Of a DNA stretch of 64,000 nt, positions 1 to 12,207 are shown in pieces. Source of the stretch: Paramoeba atlantica. Lineage: Eukaryota; Protista; Discosea. Both the position numbers and the translations under genes were made by a program. The stretch lies in the NCBI GenBank assembly GCA_977017575.1, contig CDRNVI010000148.1, forward strand, positions 124,001 through 188,000, read 5' to 3'. Positions within the stretch are counted from its first letter, which is position 1; each line of letters opens with the position of its first letter. The notes below the pieces were generated by a model. The model had not been told where the DNA came from and ran no database searches. It saw only the letters and a list, made by a program, of their open reading frames with translations.

Positions 1-177
1 GATGATTGGGCAATGAAAGATACATTGGTCGAGAAACTTCGTTTGGAAGAAAAAAATTGTGAGTGGTGTTGGGATTATGTTAGACGTGATGAGAAAGACA
101 ATGCTATTCACCTTCGATTATGTAAATTTTTTGAAGAGAACACCCAACAATGTCAAATCAAACCAGCAAAGAGGTGA
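1..177 (+). CDS. 3' end of an unknown protein (partial; ends ...CQIKPAKR*)
   Basis: Frame 1 is open from base 1 to TGA at 175-177 (DDWAMKDTLVEKLRLEEKNCEWCWDYVRRDEKDNAIHLRLCKFFEENTQQCQIKPAKR). Composition is coding-like, and the IKPAK motif is shared with two ankyrin proteins in the window. Confidence 0.45.
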   Translation, partial: DDWAMKDTLVEKLRLEEKNCEWCWDYVRRDEKDNAIHLRLCKFFEENTQQCQIKPAKR

Positions 178-884
178 TGATGAATGGTGATAAAACTTCT
201 TTAAACTCGATTTTTACCCTTTTTACTCTTGAGAATGGACAGACAAAGACAAGGAATCATAAATGAATCCCAACAAAAATGAAAATAACAACGAACTTTT
301 TCTAAGTTGTCAAATTGGCTTCGCGTCTTATAGGGGTGTTTCAAATCTGGTTTTCATTCTTCTCTCTCTTTTTTGGTTTTTGGTTTTTGGTTTTTGGTTT
401 TTGGTTTTTGGTTTTGAAGATGAAGATGAAGATCGTTAAATCCATTCAAATGAAGAACTTTTCGATTATACGAAGCAGAATCGGAAACAAGAAAGTCGAG
501 AGCAACAAACAGAATTCCTCCAATCAACTGATGAAGAAAATTGGCCAAAGGATCAAACCCATAATAATAGGGAAAACATGTACTCTCTACTGAATAGAGA
601 AAGATGGAAAAGGTGTACAACCAATTCACCACTCCCATTTCAGAAAAAGAAGAAGGAAAACGAAAACAAAAACAAAACAATTTTGAGGCTAAAAATAGGG
701 CGTTAAAAATTATTAAAGGTGAGTCAGAAAATTCATTTTTCTTATTTTTTTGGGGTTTTTCCCAGAATGAAAATGATGGAATTGGATGGACTATTGAGCT
801 TCATACGGCGATTGATCTTCAAAAGACACTTCTCTTCTTTTGAAAAAAAAAACAAAAAAAGACAAAACCCCTCTCGTCTTCTTT

Positions 885-3143
885 TTATCTCCTCTGATTA
901 TACACAACTCGGAGACAAACATATCCAGCAAAACGATAAAAGGCGGCCATTCCAATCAAAATAAACAAATTCTCCCAAATACCCAATGCATCAGAACCAA
1001 GGAGACAAGTGGCACCATCTGATTCTGAATCAGAACAAAAAATGTAATTTGTTCCATCACATACGTCTGGGCACTGTTGCAGAAATGAATTCAGTTTCAG
1101 AAATTAATTAATTCATTGAAAAAAAGAGAAAAGAAAAAAGGACAAACCGGAGGTTCCACATCATCACAAATACAATTTCCATCAAATTCATTTTGTAAAA
1201 GTGCAGTGAACGCATAATTAAATGGAGACAAATACCTTCAAAGGGAGTAAAAGATTAAATGGTTTGAAATGTAGAATTTTTTTTGGAGAATTAAAATCAG
1301 AGAAAAGAAGAGAAAAGAAGAGAAAAGAAGAGAAAAGAAGAGAAAAATCAAACTTGAGCCAAGTATAATAATCAGGAATGGTATCGGTATTGATGTAAAA
1401 TCCTCCAAATAACAAAAATATCACTGCAATAAACCATAAGATCAAGAGAAAAAAGAGACAACTCACAAAACCAACAAACCAAACAACAACAAAAAAAGAG
1501 ACACAAAATAATAAATAAGAATAATAATATAAACAAACCAGTAAAAAGAGAAGCAAGCAATTGAGCAATTTGGGGAGTGGCAGTCAAACAACCAAAAAAC
1601 ACAAAAATGGAAGACATTGTTGTAATAAACACAAAAATAATTAACAAAAATTTTAAAAAGTATTGAAATTCCGGTCTAAACCCTATTTTGAAAGAAAAAA
1701 AAAGGTGAATTGAGAGCAATTTTTTAAATAAAACAGACAAAAAATGATCGAATGAAATCAGAATCCCAAAAGAATTAAAATATTAATCATTAAAAAAAAA
1801 AAATAAATAATAAAAATAAATAATAAATAATAAAAATAAATAATAAAAATACAAATAAATAATAATAAAAAAAAAAAATGAAAAAAAAAAAAAAACTCAC
1901 AAACCAACAAACCAATAAGAAACCAAACAAAAGATAATAGGACTGACAAGAAGAGCAGGAACATCAGACATAGTTTTCGCAAAATAATAAGCGGAAACTC
2001 TATATAATCCTGCCGCTTTTTCTTTTAAAAAGAGACCTCTTTCTAGAGTAAATTGTAATAATGCCTGTGTTTTTTTTTTTGAGTTAGAGAATTCATTTTT
2101 ATTTTCTAAATGTTTCTTTTTACAGAATAGAAGAAACAAAATTAAGATAAAAAAAAAATAATTATTCTGAAAAATTCTTCAAACAACAAATAATAGAAAA
2201 AAAATAGAAAAAAATAATTTCAATAATAAAACAAATTTTGTCAGAATAATTCAAAAATAAAAAATACCTGCATTTGGCCAAAAGCGAGAAATGTCATACA
2301 AAAGAATAAAGCGCCTTGGATGTTCAGTACACGAACATCAACTAATGTTAAATTTTATTAATTGGTCGAAGAGAAAGAAAGAAGAAAAGAAAGTAAAAGT
2401 AAAGAAAGAAGAAAACAAAGAAAACAAAGAAATGAAAGAAAAGAAAACAAAAAGAAAACAAAAAGAAAACAAAAAGAAAACAAAAAAGAAAACTAAACCA
2501 GTCCCAATTCCACCATCAAGAGTACCACGATACAAACTTCCGACAAACAACCCCATGAAAGTAGCCTTTAAAATTCAAAAAGAGAGGAAAGAAGAGGGAG
2601 AGAGGAGAGAGAGAAGAGAGAAGAAAGGGGGATTAAAAGGGAAAGATTTAATGGGAGAAAAAATGAAAAAAAAAGAGAAAAAAAGAAAAAAAGAAAAAAG
2701 AGGAAATAAGAAAAAAGAAAAAAGAAAAAGAAAAGAAAAAGAAAAGAAAAAGAAAAGAAAAAGAAAAGAAAAAGAAAAAAAAAAAACAAAAAAAAAACAA
2801 AAAAAAAACAAAAAAAAACTTGGAGGAGAAGAGCAACACTGGCTTGAGGAGTTCGAGAAAGATGTTTGGCTTGTCTTTGCATTAAATATCCAAATTGATA
2901 TGGCCATGATACTATTTTATATGAATTATTTATTTCTTTTCTTTATTTCTTTTCTTTATTTATTTCTTAAATTAATAAAATTATTAGTTGATTCTTATTG
3001 CTCATAATTGTTTATTATTGATTGTTTGAATAATTTCTCTTCTTCAAAAACTGAAGAAAGACATGTTTAAATAAAAGAAAATAAAAGAAAAGAAAAGAAA
3101 AATAAAAATAAAATAAAAATAAAATAAAATAAAATAAAATAAA

Positions 3144-3174
<31 letters not shown>

Positions 3175-6100
3175 TAAAAATAAAATAAAAATAAAATAAA
3201 AATAACCAGCAAAACGAGAAACTTCAGGAACAACAAAACCACCATATTCATCAACCATCTCACCCTCCTCTCCTTCATCTTCAATCCCCGTTCGAATTGG
3301 TTTGCCTTTTTATTATCTTTTTAGAGAAGAGAAGAAAGAGAAAAAAAAAAAAAAAAAAGAGAAGAAAGAGGAAGGAAGAGAGAGGAAGGAAGAGAAAGGA
3401 AAGAAAGAAGAAAGAAAGAAAGAAGAAAGAAAGAAAGAAGAAAGAAAGAAAGGAAAGAAAGAAAGGAAAGAAAGAAAGGAAAGAAAGGAAAGAAAGGAAA
3501 GAAAGAGAAAGAGAAAAGAGAAAAGAGAAAAGAGAAAAGAGAAAAGATACAATCATGAAGAATTTGATCAAGATGAGATTTCTGATGTTCAGCAGAATGA
3601 GATTCATCATACAAAATCGCCAACGATTTGTTTTCTAACTTTGGATTCACCTTTTTAAAAAATTATTTATTAATTAATATTTAATTTTTTTTTTGTTAGT
3701 ATTTAATTTGGATTTTACAAATTAAATATGAAACAAAATCCAAATGAAAATCTTTCTCTTTCTTTTCTCCCTTTCTTTTCTCCCTTTCTTTTCTCTTTCT
3801 TTTCTCTTTCTTTTCTCTTTCTTTTCTCTCTTTCTTTCATACCTTGTAAGAAGGAGGGAGTTCTTTTCGATTCAAAAGAGCAAATCTTCTTTTCTCATCT
3901 TCAAGGGCCAAATCAATAATAAAATCAGCTGGGTTATAAAATTGAGAACAACTATTCATTTTTTCGATTCAATTTTTAAGAAAAGAGGGAAGAAGAGAAG
4001 AAAAGAAGAGAGAAAGAGAAAAGAAAGAGAAAAGAAAGAGAAAGAGAGGAGAAGGAGAAAGAGAAGAGAAAGAGAGGAGAAAGAGAAAAGAAAGAGAAAA
4101 GAAAGAGAAAAAAGAACTTTTGTCCAACTTCAGTCTCAAAATAAGAAATGGCCTCAGAAGCAGGTCCAAAGTAGACAGTTTTCCCTTCGGATAAACAACA
4201 CAAATAATCAAACCTGAATCAAAGAATGAGAAAAGAGAAAAGAGAAAAGAGAAAAGAGAAAAGAGAAAAGAGAAAAGAGAAAAGAGAAAAGAGAAAAGAG
4301 AAAAGAGAAGAGAAAGAAAAGAGAAAAAGAAGAGAAGAGGAAGAGAAGAGAAAGAGAAAAGAGGAAGAGAAAGAAAAAAGAGAAAGAAGAAAAAAAAAAA
4401 AGAAAAAGAAAGAAAAAAAAAAAACATCTCAAAAATAGAAGAACGAGGTTGATGAAGAGTACAAGAGAAAGAGAAAGAAGAGAGAGAAAGAAGAAAAAAA
4501 AGAAAGAAAAAAGAAAAGAAAAAAGAAAAGAAAAAAGAAAAGAAAAAAGAGAAAGAAGAAGAAAAAAAAGAAAGAAAAAGAAAGAAAAAGAAAAAACATC
4601 TCAAAAATAGAAGAACGAGGTTGATGAAGAGTACAAATAACAGTCCTCCCCGCACGAGCCAACTTCTTTAATGTGTAAACCACTTGTTGTGAATTGAAAG
4701 CTGCAAAAAAGAAAAGAGAAGAAGAGAGGAAGAGAGGAAGAGAGGAAGAGAGGAAGAGAGGAAGAGAGAAGAGAGAAGAGAGAAGAGAGAAGAGAGAAGA
4801 GAGAAGAGAGAAGAGAGAAGAGAGAAGAGAAGAGAGAAGAGAGGGGGGGAGAGAAGGGAAAGGGTTTAGAAAATAGAGAAAAGAGGGGAGGAAAAATAAG
4901 AAGAAAGAAGAAAGAGGAGAGAGAGAGAGAGAAAAAAAAAAGACAAACCATCTAAACCGGTTGTGGGCTCATCAAGAAACATCAAACTATTAAAAAATAA
5001 AAAGAAAAAAAATATTAGAAAAGAAAAAAGAAAAAATTCCAAAAAAGAAAACCACCAAATAAACACCAAAAAAAATTTAAAAAAAACAAGAAAAAAAACA
5101 AAAAATAAATTTAAAAAAAATTTAAAAAAAAATTTAAAAAAAATTTAAAAAAAATTTAAAAAAAAATTTAAAAAAAAATAAAAAAAAACACCTAGGATCA
5201 GCAATCATCTCACAACCAATACAAAGACGTTTCTTCTCACCACCAGAAATACCACGAACATTTTCATCTCCAACTCGATCTTGTCTCACTTTTTGGAGAC
5301 CCAATTCTTCAATCATTTCGTCAACTCGCACATCTCTCGTTTTTTCTCTGTTTTGTTTTGCTTTCTGGGTGGGAAGTGTTAATAATTCTTAAATTTAAAA
5401 ATAATGAAAAAAATATTGGAAAAAAATAAAAAATGATAAAAATAATTAAAAAAAATAATTAAAAATAATCAAAAAAATTTAAAAAAAATTTAAAAAAATT
5501 AAAAAAAAGAAAAAAAAAAAGAAAACACAAACATCTCTCTCCAACTTCAATCGAACATTAAACATCAACGTTTCCTCAACAGTCAAAGTTGGCATTAAAA
5601 TATCTTCTTGAGTCACATAAGCCGAAAACCTCTTAAAACTCTTTCCTCTAAAAAGAAAATGAATCAGAGAGAGAGAGAAGAAAAGAAGAGGAGAAACAGA
5701 AAAGAAAAAGAAAGAAAAAGGGATAAGAACAAGAAAAAGAAATATTCGAAAAAAAAGGAAAAAGAGAAATAGAAAAAAGAAAGAAAAGAGAAAGAAAGAA
5801 GAGAAAGAAAGAAGAGAAAGAAGGAGAAAGAAAGAAAGAAGAGAGAAAGAAAGAAAAGAAAGAGAACCTTGGTTGACCATTCATAAGAATATCACCATCA
5901 ATTTTTCCAATATTTTTTCGACCCGACAAAATATCCAAAAGTGTCGATTTTCCTGTTTAAAATTTGATCAAAAGAGGAGAGAAAGAAAGAAGAGAAAGAA
6001 AGAGAAAGAGAGAAAGAGAGATGCGAGAAGAAGAGAGAAAGAAAGAAAGAAAGAAACAGAAACATACCAGCGCCAGAAGAACCAATGATGGCAGTAAGTG

Positions 6101-6980
6101 TCCCTGGTTTTGCAAAACCACTGATGTCCTGGAAAAATAGATTTATAAAAAAAAGAAAGAAAAAAGAGGAAAAAGAAATTGTTATTCTTCTTAATTATTA
6201 ACAATTCATAATTAATAATAATTCGGAATAATCATTAATAATTAATAATTAATAATTATTTAATAATAATCATTTTTCTTTTCTTCATACTCATTTGTTC
6301 TTTTCTTTTTTCTTTTTCTTCTCCAAAAAATCAAACTTCTTTTCCTATTTGCTCAATCTTTTCTCCTCCTCTTTCTTATTCTTTCTTATTCTCTCTTCTC
6401 TTTCATTTGATGAAACTCTCTTTTCTCCAAAAGGTCCCAACTGGCTCACTTTCCTGACTGTCTTCTCGATCATCTTTTCTCTTTCCTTCTTCCTTCTGTT
6501 TTTCTTTAAATTTCTCCCTCACTTTCTTTTCACTTTTTTCTTCTTCTTTTTTCTTATTGTTTCTCTTTTCTTTTTCATCTTTTAACAAAGATAATAACAA
6601 CAACAAAAAAAACTCAAACATGTAAAACTTCTTTATCCTGATGTTCTCTTCTCCAAGGAGGACCAGAAGAATCTCGAATGGTACAAGAAACATTTTTCCA
6701 TGTCAAAAGAACTGGTTCATGTGATGCAGAAATGAAAAGTTTTTTTTCATCTTCTTCTGTGTCTAATCGACCCTGTTTTTTGTTTCGTTATTGTTTGTTT
6801 TTGTTAGTTCTTTTTTTTTTGTTTCTTTCCTTTTGTTCTTTTTCTTTTCCAGTCGTTCTCTTTTTTCTCTCAAGTTTTTTTTTTCCCCCTTTTTTTCCTT
6901 TCTTTTGAATCATTTTTCAACTTCAACCAAAAACTTACAGATGAAGGGTTATCCAATTGTTGATAAGGTTGCTTCGACAT
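885..6980 (-). CDS. ABCG (White-like) half ABC transporter, many exons
   Basis: Spliced exons give Walker A (IIGSSGAG|KSTLLDILSGR), SAYVTQEDILMPTLTVEETL, signature GISGGEKKRL, Walker B LMFLDEPTTGLD, H-loop CTLHQPRSSIF and TMD motifs (ERGLFLKEKAAGLYRVSAYYFAK, FGGFYINTDTIPDYYTWLK|YLSPFNYAF). ATG is at 6980; last exon ends ...VVYNQRR* at 885. Confidence 0.93.
4705..4850 (+). repeat. Intronic (GAGAA/GAGGAA)n microsatellite, representative of many purine/pyrimidine tracts in introns
   Basis: Visible tandem short units filling the intron between two ABCG exons. Confidence 0.9.
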
Positions 6981-7478
6981 GATCAAAACAACAAAAAAAC
7001 AACAAAACAAAACAACAACAAAAAAAAAAGATGAAACGTGGAAAAAGATGAAACGAAAGAAGAAAAACGAGAAGGATGGCAAGACCGCTAAAATAGAGCG
7101 CTAAAATTCTTTCTTTTTCCCTTCTCTTTTCTTGCTCTTTGTTTCCTCGAATCCCGAATGGTCAAAATCGAGAAAACTGCTTGAGGAAGGTGTTTAAATA
7201 AATCTAAGGGTTTTTTTCAAAAGGTTTTATTCTTGAAAACTTTGTTTTGAATCCAAACAAATACGTTCGATGGTTCTGGCGGTGAGATCTTGTTGGGTTT
7301 TTTAACAACATCATTTTTTCTTCCACAAAATTTCACCCACAGTTTTTTCTTTTTGTTCCTTGTGAGAAAATAACCCATTGAATCGTAATTCAGGATGTTT
7401 CATAAGTGTTGGTGGGGGAGTTTTGAGCGAAAATCCGAAAATTCACTCACTCTTTCGAGTTCCAACAAAAAAAAAACT

Positions 7479-8516
7479 CTACACCCCCCAAGTCACAGTC
7501 TCAATAAATCTAGCAATGACAGACCCAAATTCTTGTTGAAAAGTGACATCATTATGACCAGCTCTTTCAAATTCATGAAATAATATTGATCTCGAAGGAG
7601 AAAGCTGCTTTCTCTGCCCTTCAACGTATAAATGTTTCCCTTGGTAAGAATGAACAACCATATCTTGTTTCCCATGGAGAATGGCCACACGAATTTCTCT
7701 TGCAACCAAAGGGAGATGAATCTCTGTTTCAAATCGATCAGGAATGTGATCAAAAAGGAGGTTGAAGAGAGAAGATGGGAGCCATCGAATGGGATACCCA
7801 ACCCAATGATTGAGAGCAGCTTCTCGAACAGAACGAAATGGGGCTTCTAAAATAAGCCCTCTCAAAAGTTGTCGTGGTGGTGGTGGGAAAGCAGGTTGGG
7901 GATCATCAACAAGAATTCTTTTCGCAACTCGAGTAGAAATCCCAGTACCAAGTGAATGGCCCCAAAAGAAAACAGAATCAGCTTTTAGTTGTTCAACAAC
8001 AAACTGGTAGATAGTCATTCCATCTGTGACAACTCCATCTTCGGAGGGTGAACCCTCAGAATCGCCAAATCCTCGATAATCAAATGTAACAAGTTCCAAG
8101 TCAGAAGAAGAAGCAATCGAAGGGGGAAGAGAACGAGAAAAAGATTGAATAATCGCTTGATAGGAATATTGTCTTCGATAGAGAGCTCTTGTATCAGCAT
8201 TCCCATGAAAATAGACGATTACCACTTTCATTTTCTTTTTTTCTTTTCCTTCTTCTCTTGAGTTCTTCTTTACAACCCAAACACCAAGTTCATGATTATC
8301 TGGAGTCGTCAATCGATGTTTCACAACATGTGAATTTGAATGTGGCTCCATCCCATAATACCATGACCAAAGACGAAAACGATGTAAAAAGATGAGAAAA
8401 CGAGGGATTGACGGGTAGATGGTTGCCAGAAAACAGAGGATTAGGATCCCAACCATCATGAACAGAACCCATTTTCCAATTGCCAAGAGAAGTTCAAACA
8501 CCCATTCTGGGTCCAT
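7479..8516 (-). CDS. ABHD12: ABHD12-like alpha/beta hydrolase (lipase), single exon, N-terminal TM anchor
   Basis: YFHGNA, DYRGFGDSEGSPSEDG, nucleophile GHSLG, ILEAPF, LHGKQD and AGHND give an intact Ser-Asp-His triad. ATG at 8516 (MDPEW) is preferred over the upstream non-ATG start at 8639. Confidence 0.85.
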   Translation of the reverse strand: MDPEWVFELLLAIGKWVLFMMVGILILCFLATIYPSIPRFLIFLHRFRLWSWYYGMEPHSNSHVVKHRLTTPDNHELGVWVVKKNSREEGKEKKKMKVVIVYFHGNADTRALYRRQYSYQAIIQSFSRSLPPSIASSSDLELVTFDYRGFGDSEGSPSEDGVVTDGMTIYQFVVEQLKADSVFFWGHSLGTGISTRVAKRILVDDPQPAFPPPPRQLLRGLILEAPFRSVREAALNHWVGYPIRWLPSSLFNLLFDHIPDRFETEIHLPLVAREIRVAILHGKQDMVVHSYQGKHLYVEGQRKQLSPSRSILFHEFERAGHNDVTFQQEFGSVIARFIETVTWGV

Positions 8517-8837
8517 TCTTTCTGTGGGGGTTTTGAATTCAATTATTTGCTCACCACGAATTGTTGAAAAAAGAGCGTCAAGCGTGTGAGGAAAACAAAA
8601 CAAAAACAAGAAAGCAAACAAAAAAAAGAAAGCAAACAAAAAACAAAAAAGAGAAGAAACGTGTCCAACCTTAAAATAGTAATATACTTTAAAAGGAAAA
8701 ATACTTTATAAAGGAAATATTTTTTTTCATTGAACTGTTTTCTTCAATCTCATTCTTTCACGCCAACCAACAATGACACCTTCCTCTTTCTTGTCAACAA
8801 AAAACTTTCTTTCCAAAAGACAAAAAAGTGAACCACA

Positions 8838-9428
8838 ATGCAAGCCATTAAATGTGTTGTTGTTGGAGATGGTGCTGTTGGAAAAACTTGTCTTCTGATC
8901 TCTTACACGACCAACGCTTTCCCTGGCGAATACATCCCAACTGTTTTCGACAACTACTCCGCGAATGTGATGGTGGATGGGAAACCTATTAACTTGGGAT
9001 TATGGGATACTGCTGGCCAAGAAGATTACGATCGTCTTCGTCCCCTCTCGTACCCACAAACTGATGTCTTTCTCATCTGTTTTTCTGTCATCTCTCCTGC
9101 TTCATACGAGAACGTTCGAGCGAAGTGGCATCCCGAAGTCCAACACCATTGCCCAACCACAAAATGCCTTGTTGTTGGAACAAAGATTGATTTGAGAGAT
9201 GATGCTGCCGCTCTCCAAAGATTAAAAGAAAAGAATTTGGAACCCATTTCCTCTCAAATGGGAGATCAATTGGCCAAAGATATTGGTGCTGTGAAGTATA
9301 TGGAATGTTCTGCTTTAACTCAGAAAGGATTGAAAGATGTGTTTGATGAAGGAATTCGAGCTGTCATTGCCCCTGAGAATAAGAAGAAGAGTGGTGGTGG
9401 AAAGAGAGGTGGTTGTATTGTTTTGTAA
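8838..9428 (+). CDS. rac1: Rac1-like Rho GTPase, intronless
   Basis: [51 protein letters not shown], polybasic tail and CAAX (CIVL). Confidence 0.97.
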   Translation: MQAIKCVVVGDGAVGKTCLLISYTTNAFPGEYIPTVFDNYSANVMVDGKPINLGLWDTAGQEDYDRLRPLSYPQTDVFLICFSVISPASYENVRAKWHPEVQHHCPTTKCLVVGTKIDLRDDAAALQRLKEKNLEPISSQMGDQLAKDIGAVKYMECSALTQKGLKDVFDEGIRAVIAPENKKKSGGGKRGGCIVL

Positions 9429-9679
9429 AAACAAAAAAGAGAGAGAAAGAGAGAGAACAAAGAAAAGAGTGATAGGAGTGGGGGTAATTTATTCAAAAAG
9501 AAAAGATAAATAAAAAACAAACCTTTTTTTTGAAAACACTTTTTCGAAACAAAAAACGAAAATCCTTTTAAAGAAAACGAAAACCATTTTCATTGAACCA
9601 TTTTCATCAGGTACATTTTGATTGGTCTCTTTCTTTTTTCTTTTGTCTCCGATCGACAAAACCTGAAACCAAGAAGGCG

Positions 9680-10273
9680 ATGCCTCAAGAGCTCAAATGT
9701 GTTGTTGTTGGAAATGCAGGTGTTGGGAAGACTTGTCTTCTTATCTCATACACGAGCAACACTTTCCCTTCCCCTGACGAATTCATCCCAACCATTTTGG
9801 ATGACTATGCGGCAAATGTGATGGTAGACAACAAAAAAGTCATGTTGTCAGTGTGGGATACACCTTGCCCTGCTTACTCAGGATTTACTCGCATTCGTGT
9901 CTCCGCGTACCCAAACACTGATGTCTTTCTCCTCTGTTTTTCTGTCATCTCTCCTGCTTCATACGAGAACGTTCGAAGGAGGTGGGCTTCAGAAATCCGA
10001 CACTATTGCCCAACCACAAAATGCCTCGTTGTTGGAACAAAGATTGATTTGAGAGATGATGCTGCAACTCTTCAAAGTTTAAAAGAAAAGAATGAGGAAC
10101 CCATTTCCTCTCAAATGGGAGATCAATTGGCCAACGATATTGGTGCTGTGAAGTATATGGAATGTTCTGCTTTAACTCAGAAAGGATTGAAAGATGTGTT
10201 TGATGAAGGAATTCGGGCTGGTCTTAAAAAAAAGAAGAGTGGTGGTAAGAGAGGTGGTTGTATTATTTTGTAA
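9680..10273 (+). CDS. Atypical Rac paralogue with altered P-loop and switch I/II (probable GTPase-deficient form)
   Basis: [46 protein letters not shown] in place of [12 protein letters not shown]. The C-terminal half is nearly identical to 8838-9428. CAAX is CIIL. Confidence 0.9.
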   Translation: MPQELKCVVVGNAGVGKTCLLISYTSNTFPSPDEFIPTILDDYAANVMVDNKKVMLSVWDTPCPAYSGFTRIRVSAYPNTDVFLLCFSVISPASYENVRRRWASEIRHYCPTTKCLVVGTKIDLRDDAATLQSLKEKNEEPISSQMGDQLANDIGAVKYMECSALTQKGLKDVFDEGIRAGLKKKKSGGKRGGCIIL

Positions 10274-10549
10274 AAAGAATGTTTGACAAGGGAATTATTA
10301 AAAAAAAAATATTTATCCTTTCAAAAGAAAAATAAAAATTTTGAATCTTCTTGCACTTGTAAGATCAATTTTTCGATTGGAAAACGAGAATCTTTTCTGT
10401 TTTCTTTTGATTTTGCTGCAATTGGAAAAAAAAAAGGAAGCATAAAATCAAAAAGGAAAAAGAACCAAAAAGCAAACTCGAAATGAAAAGTTTGGACAAA
10501 GACAACAAAGAAGATGGAACAGACTGCATCACAACAGGACCATTCTCTC

Positions 10550-11935
10550 TCAACTGACCTCCAAGCGAGGCTTTTTGTTTGTAATCTCGTTCTGAACAGA
10601 ACCAGTTTGAAAGTTCTTTCTTTTTTTGGTTCCTTCTTCTTCTTCTCCCCCTCGTTTTGCAGGTTTAATTGAACCATCAATGAGAACAAATTCCTTTTTT
10701 TGGGAATGAATATTTGGACATGAGGGATAATAATTTTTTTGAACAGAAAAAACAACCTCGAGAAACTTCTTCAGTGGTTCAGAGGATGCTAAATCAACCG
10801 GGGTCTTTCCCTAATTCTTTTTCTGAGAAATTTTACCACAGAATTTACCAACTAAAAGAACCCATACACACAACCTTTGAATCTTTTGCTTGAGTGTCAG
10901 CACCATATTCACATAAGAGCTTCACAAGAGCAAAATCCTCTCTGAAAGCTGCAAGATGAAGACAGGTTTTACCATCCTGGAGAAAAAGATGTCAAAAATA
11001 GAAATAAAATTATAAAATTTGAAGAGAAAATGAAACCAGATCTGTATGAGTGATATTAGCACCTCTCTTCAATAAAAATTCAGCAACATCTACCCTCTGC
11101 CATGAAGAGCGACTCAGAGCGATCAAAGGTGAAATACCATTACAGATTAGGTTGACATCCACTCCAGATTCAACAAGAGTTTGGACCACAGGTAAAGAGA
11201 GTTCGAAGAACGCACAAAGGTCATGGAGAACACTCCGATTCTGAACAAAAAACGTGAATCTTTGTGTCTTATGTCATGTTCAACAAAATGAGATTGACTG
11301 CTGCAGGAAAAACAAAAAAAAACCTCAAAAGTGTTTTCAGCTCCATTTTCCAAAAGCAATTCAATCATCTCAATCTTTTGAGATTGACAAGCAACAAAAA
11401 GAGGTGTCCGAGGTTGAGAGTCATAAATGGTGGACGTCCCATTAATTGGGCAATTCTTCGATATCAAGAACCTTGCAAACTGAAGATTTCTCTGTCGGCA
11501 AGCATAACAAAGAGGGGCAACTGTTATTTCCTACTCATATTTTTTAGTCTTCAATTTTTTTGGACTCAAAGAAAAGGAAAAATTGAAAAACAAAGAAAAA
11601 CCCCTTCCAATTTTTCAATCATGGAAGTGACAATTTGTGGGTCATACACCGAAAAACCAATGAGCGCCCCATCTTTTCCGTTCACCTCAGATGAGATTCT
11701 CTTAATATCTGCGCCATTTTTAATTAAAATTTCGACCATTTCAACATCACCTCTTTGACAAGCAATTCGCAAGGGATAGTCAAATCGCGGCTGAAGAAAA
11801 AGCTTCAAAAATCGAAATTGGAGAAATTTGGAGTGGAAAGAAAAACCTGTCCTCGAGGAACATCATTGATCCCGTGATTTGTTCGAAGGAGAACTTGGCG
11901 AGCTTTCTCACAATCCCCTTCTCGCACAGCATCAT
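10550..11935 (-). CDS. Ankyrin-repeat protein, multi-exon
   Basis: Exons encode YPLRIACQRGDVEMVEILIKNGAD, TPLFVACQSQKIEMIELLLENGAE, GKTCLHLAAFREDFALVKLLCEYGAD and GKTPVDLA. Last exon reads EFVLIDGSIKPAKRGGEEEE...LEVS*. Start codon is uncertain. Confidence 0.8.
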
Positions 11936-12207
11936 ACAACTCACGCATTTTTGTGGGACCAAAGAAAATGCCACTCGGCAACAGAAGAAAACTGAAAAGA
12001 ACAAAATTTTCTCAAATCTATATTTGGAATATCTATATTTATATTAATACTATATTTGGTTAAATGAAGAGTTTTGTGTTTTTGTCTTCTTTCTTTGCCA
12101 GAGAGAGAGTCATCTCTCTTTTTTTTTTTTCGTTTTTGAAACTCAAAAACGACAACGGCAGTTTTCTTTTTCTCTTTTTTGTTTTGTTTTTTTTCTTTTT
12201 TTTTGAA

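Noticed and set aside
370-411. (TTTTTGG)x6 resembling a telomeric repeat
   Set aside because: Only six units, internal, in an intron-like T-rich tract; no evidence of a chromosome end.
263-843. Possible decayed ankyrin gene (NNELFLSCQIG, KIVKSI, GWTIELHTAI fragments)
   Set aside because: No consistent spliced reading frame could be built; similarity is too weak to call.
2291-6910. Many long ORFs of poly-K/R/E or poly-F/L/S in the ORF track (also in other introns)
   Set aside because: They are translations of intronic purine/pyrimidine microsatellites; the real exons between them form the ABCG gene.
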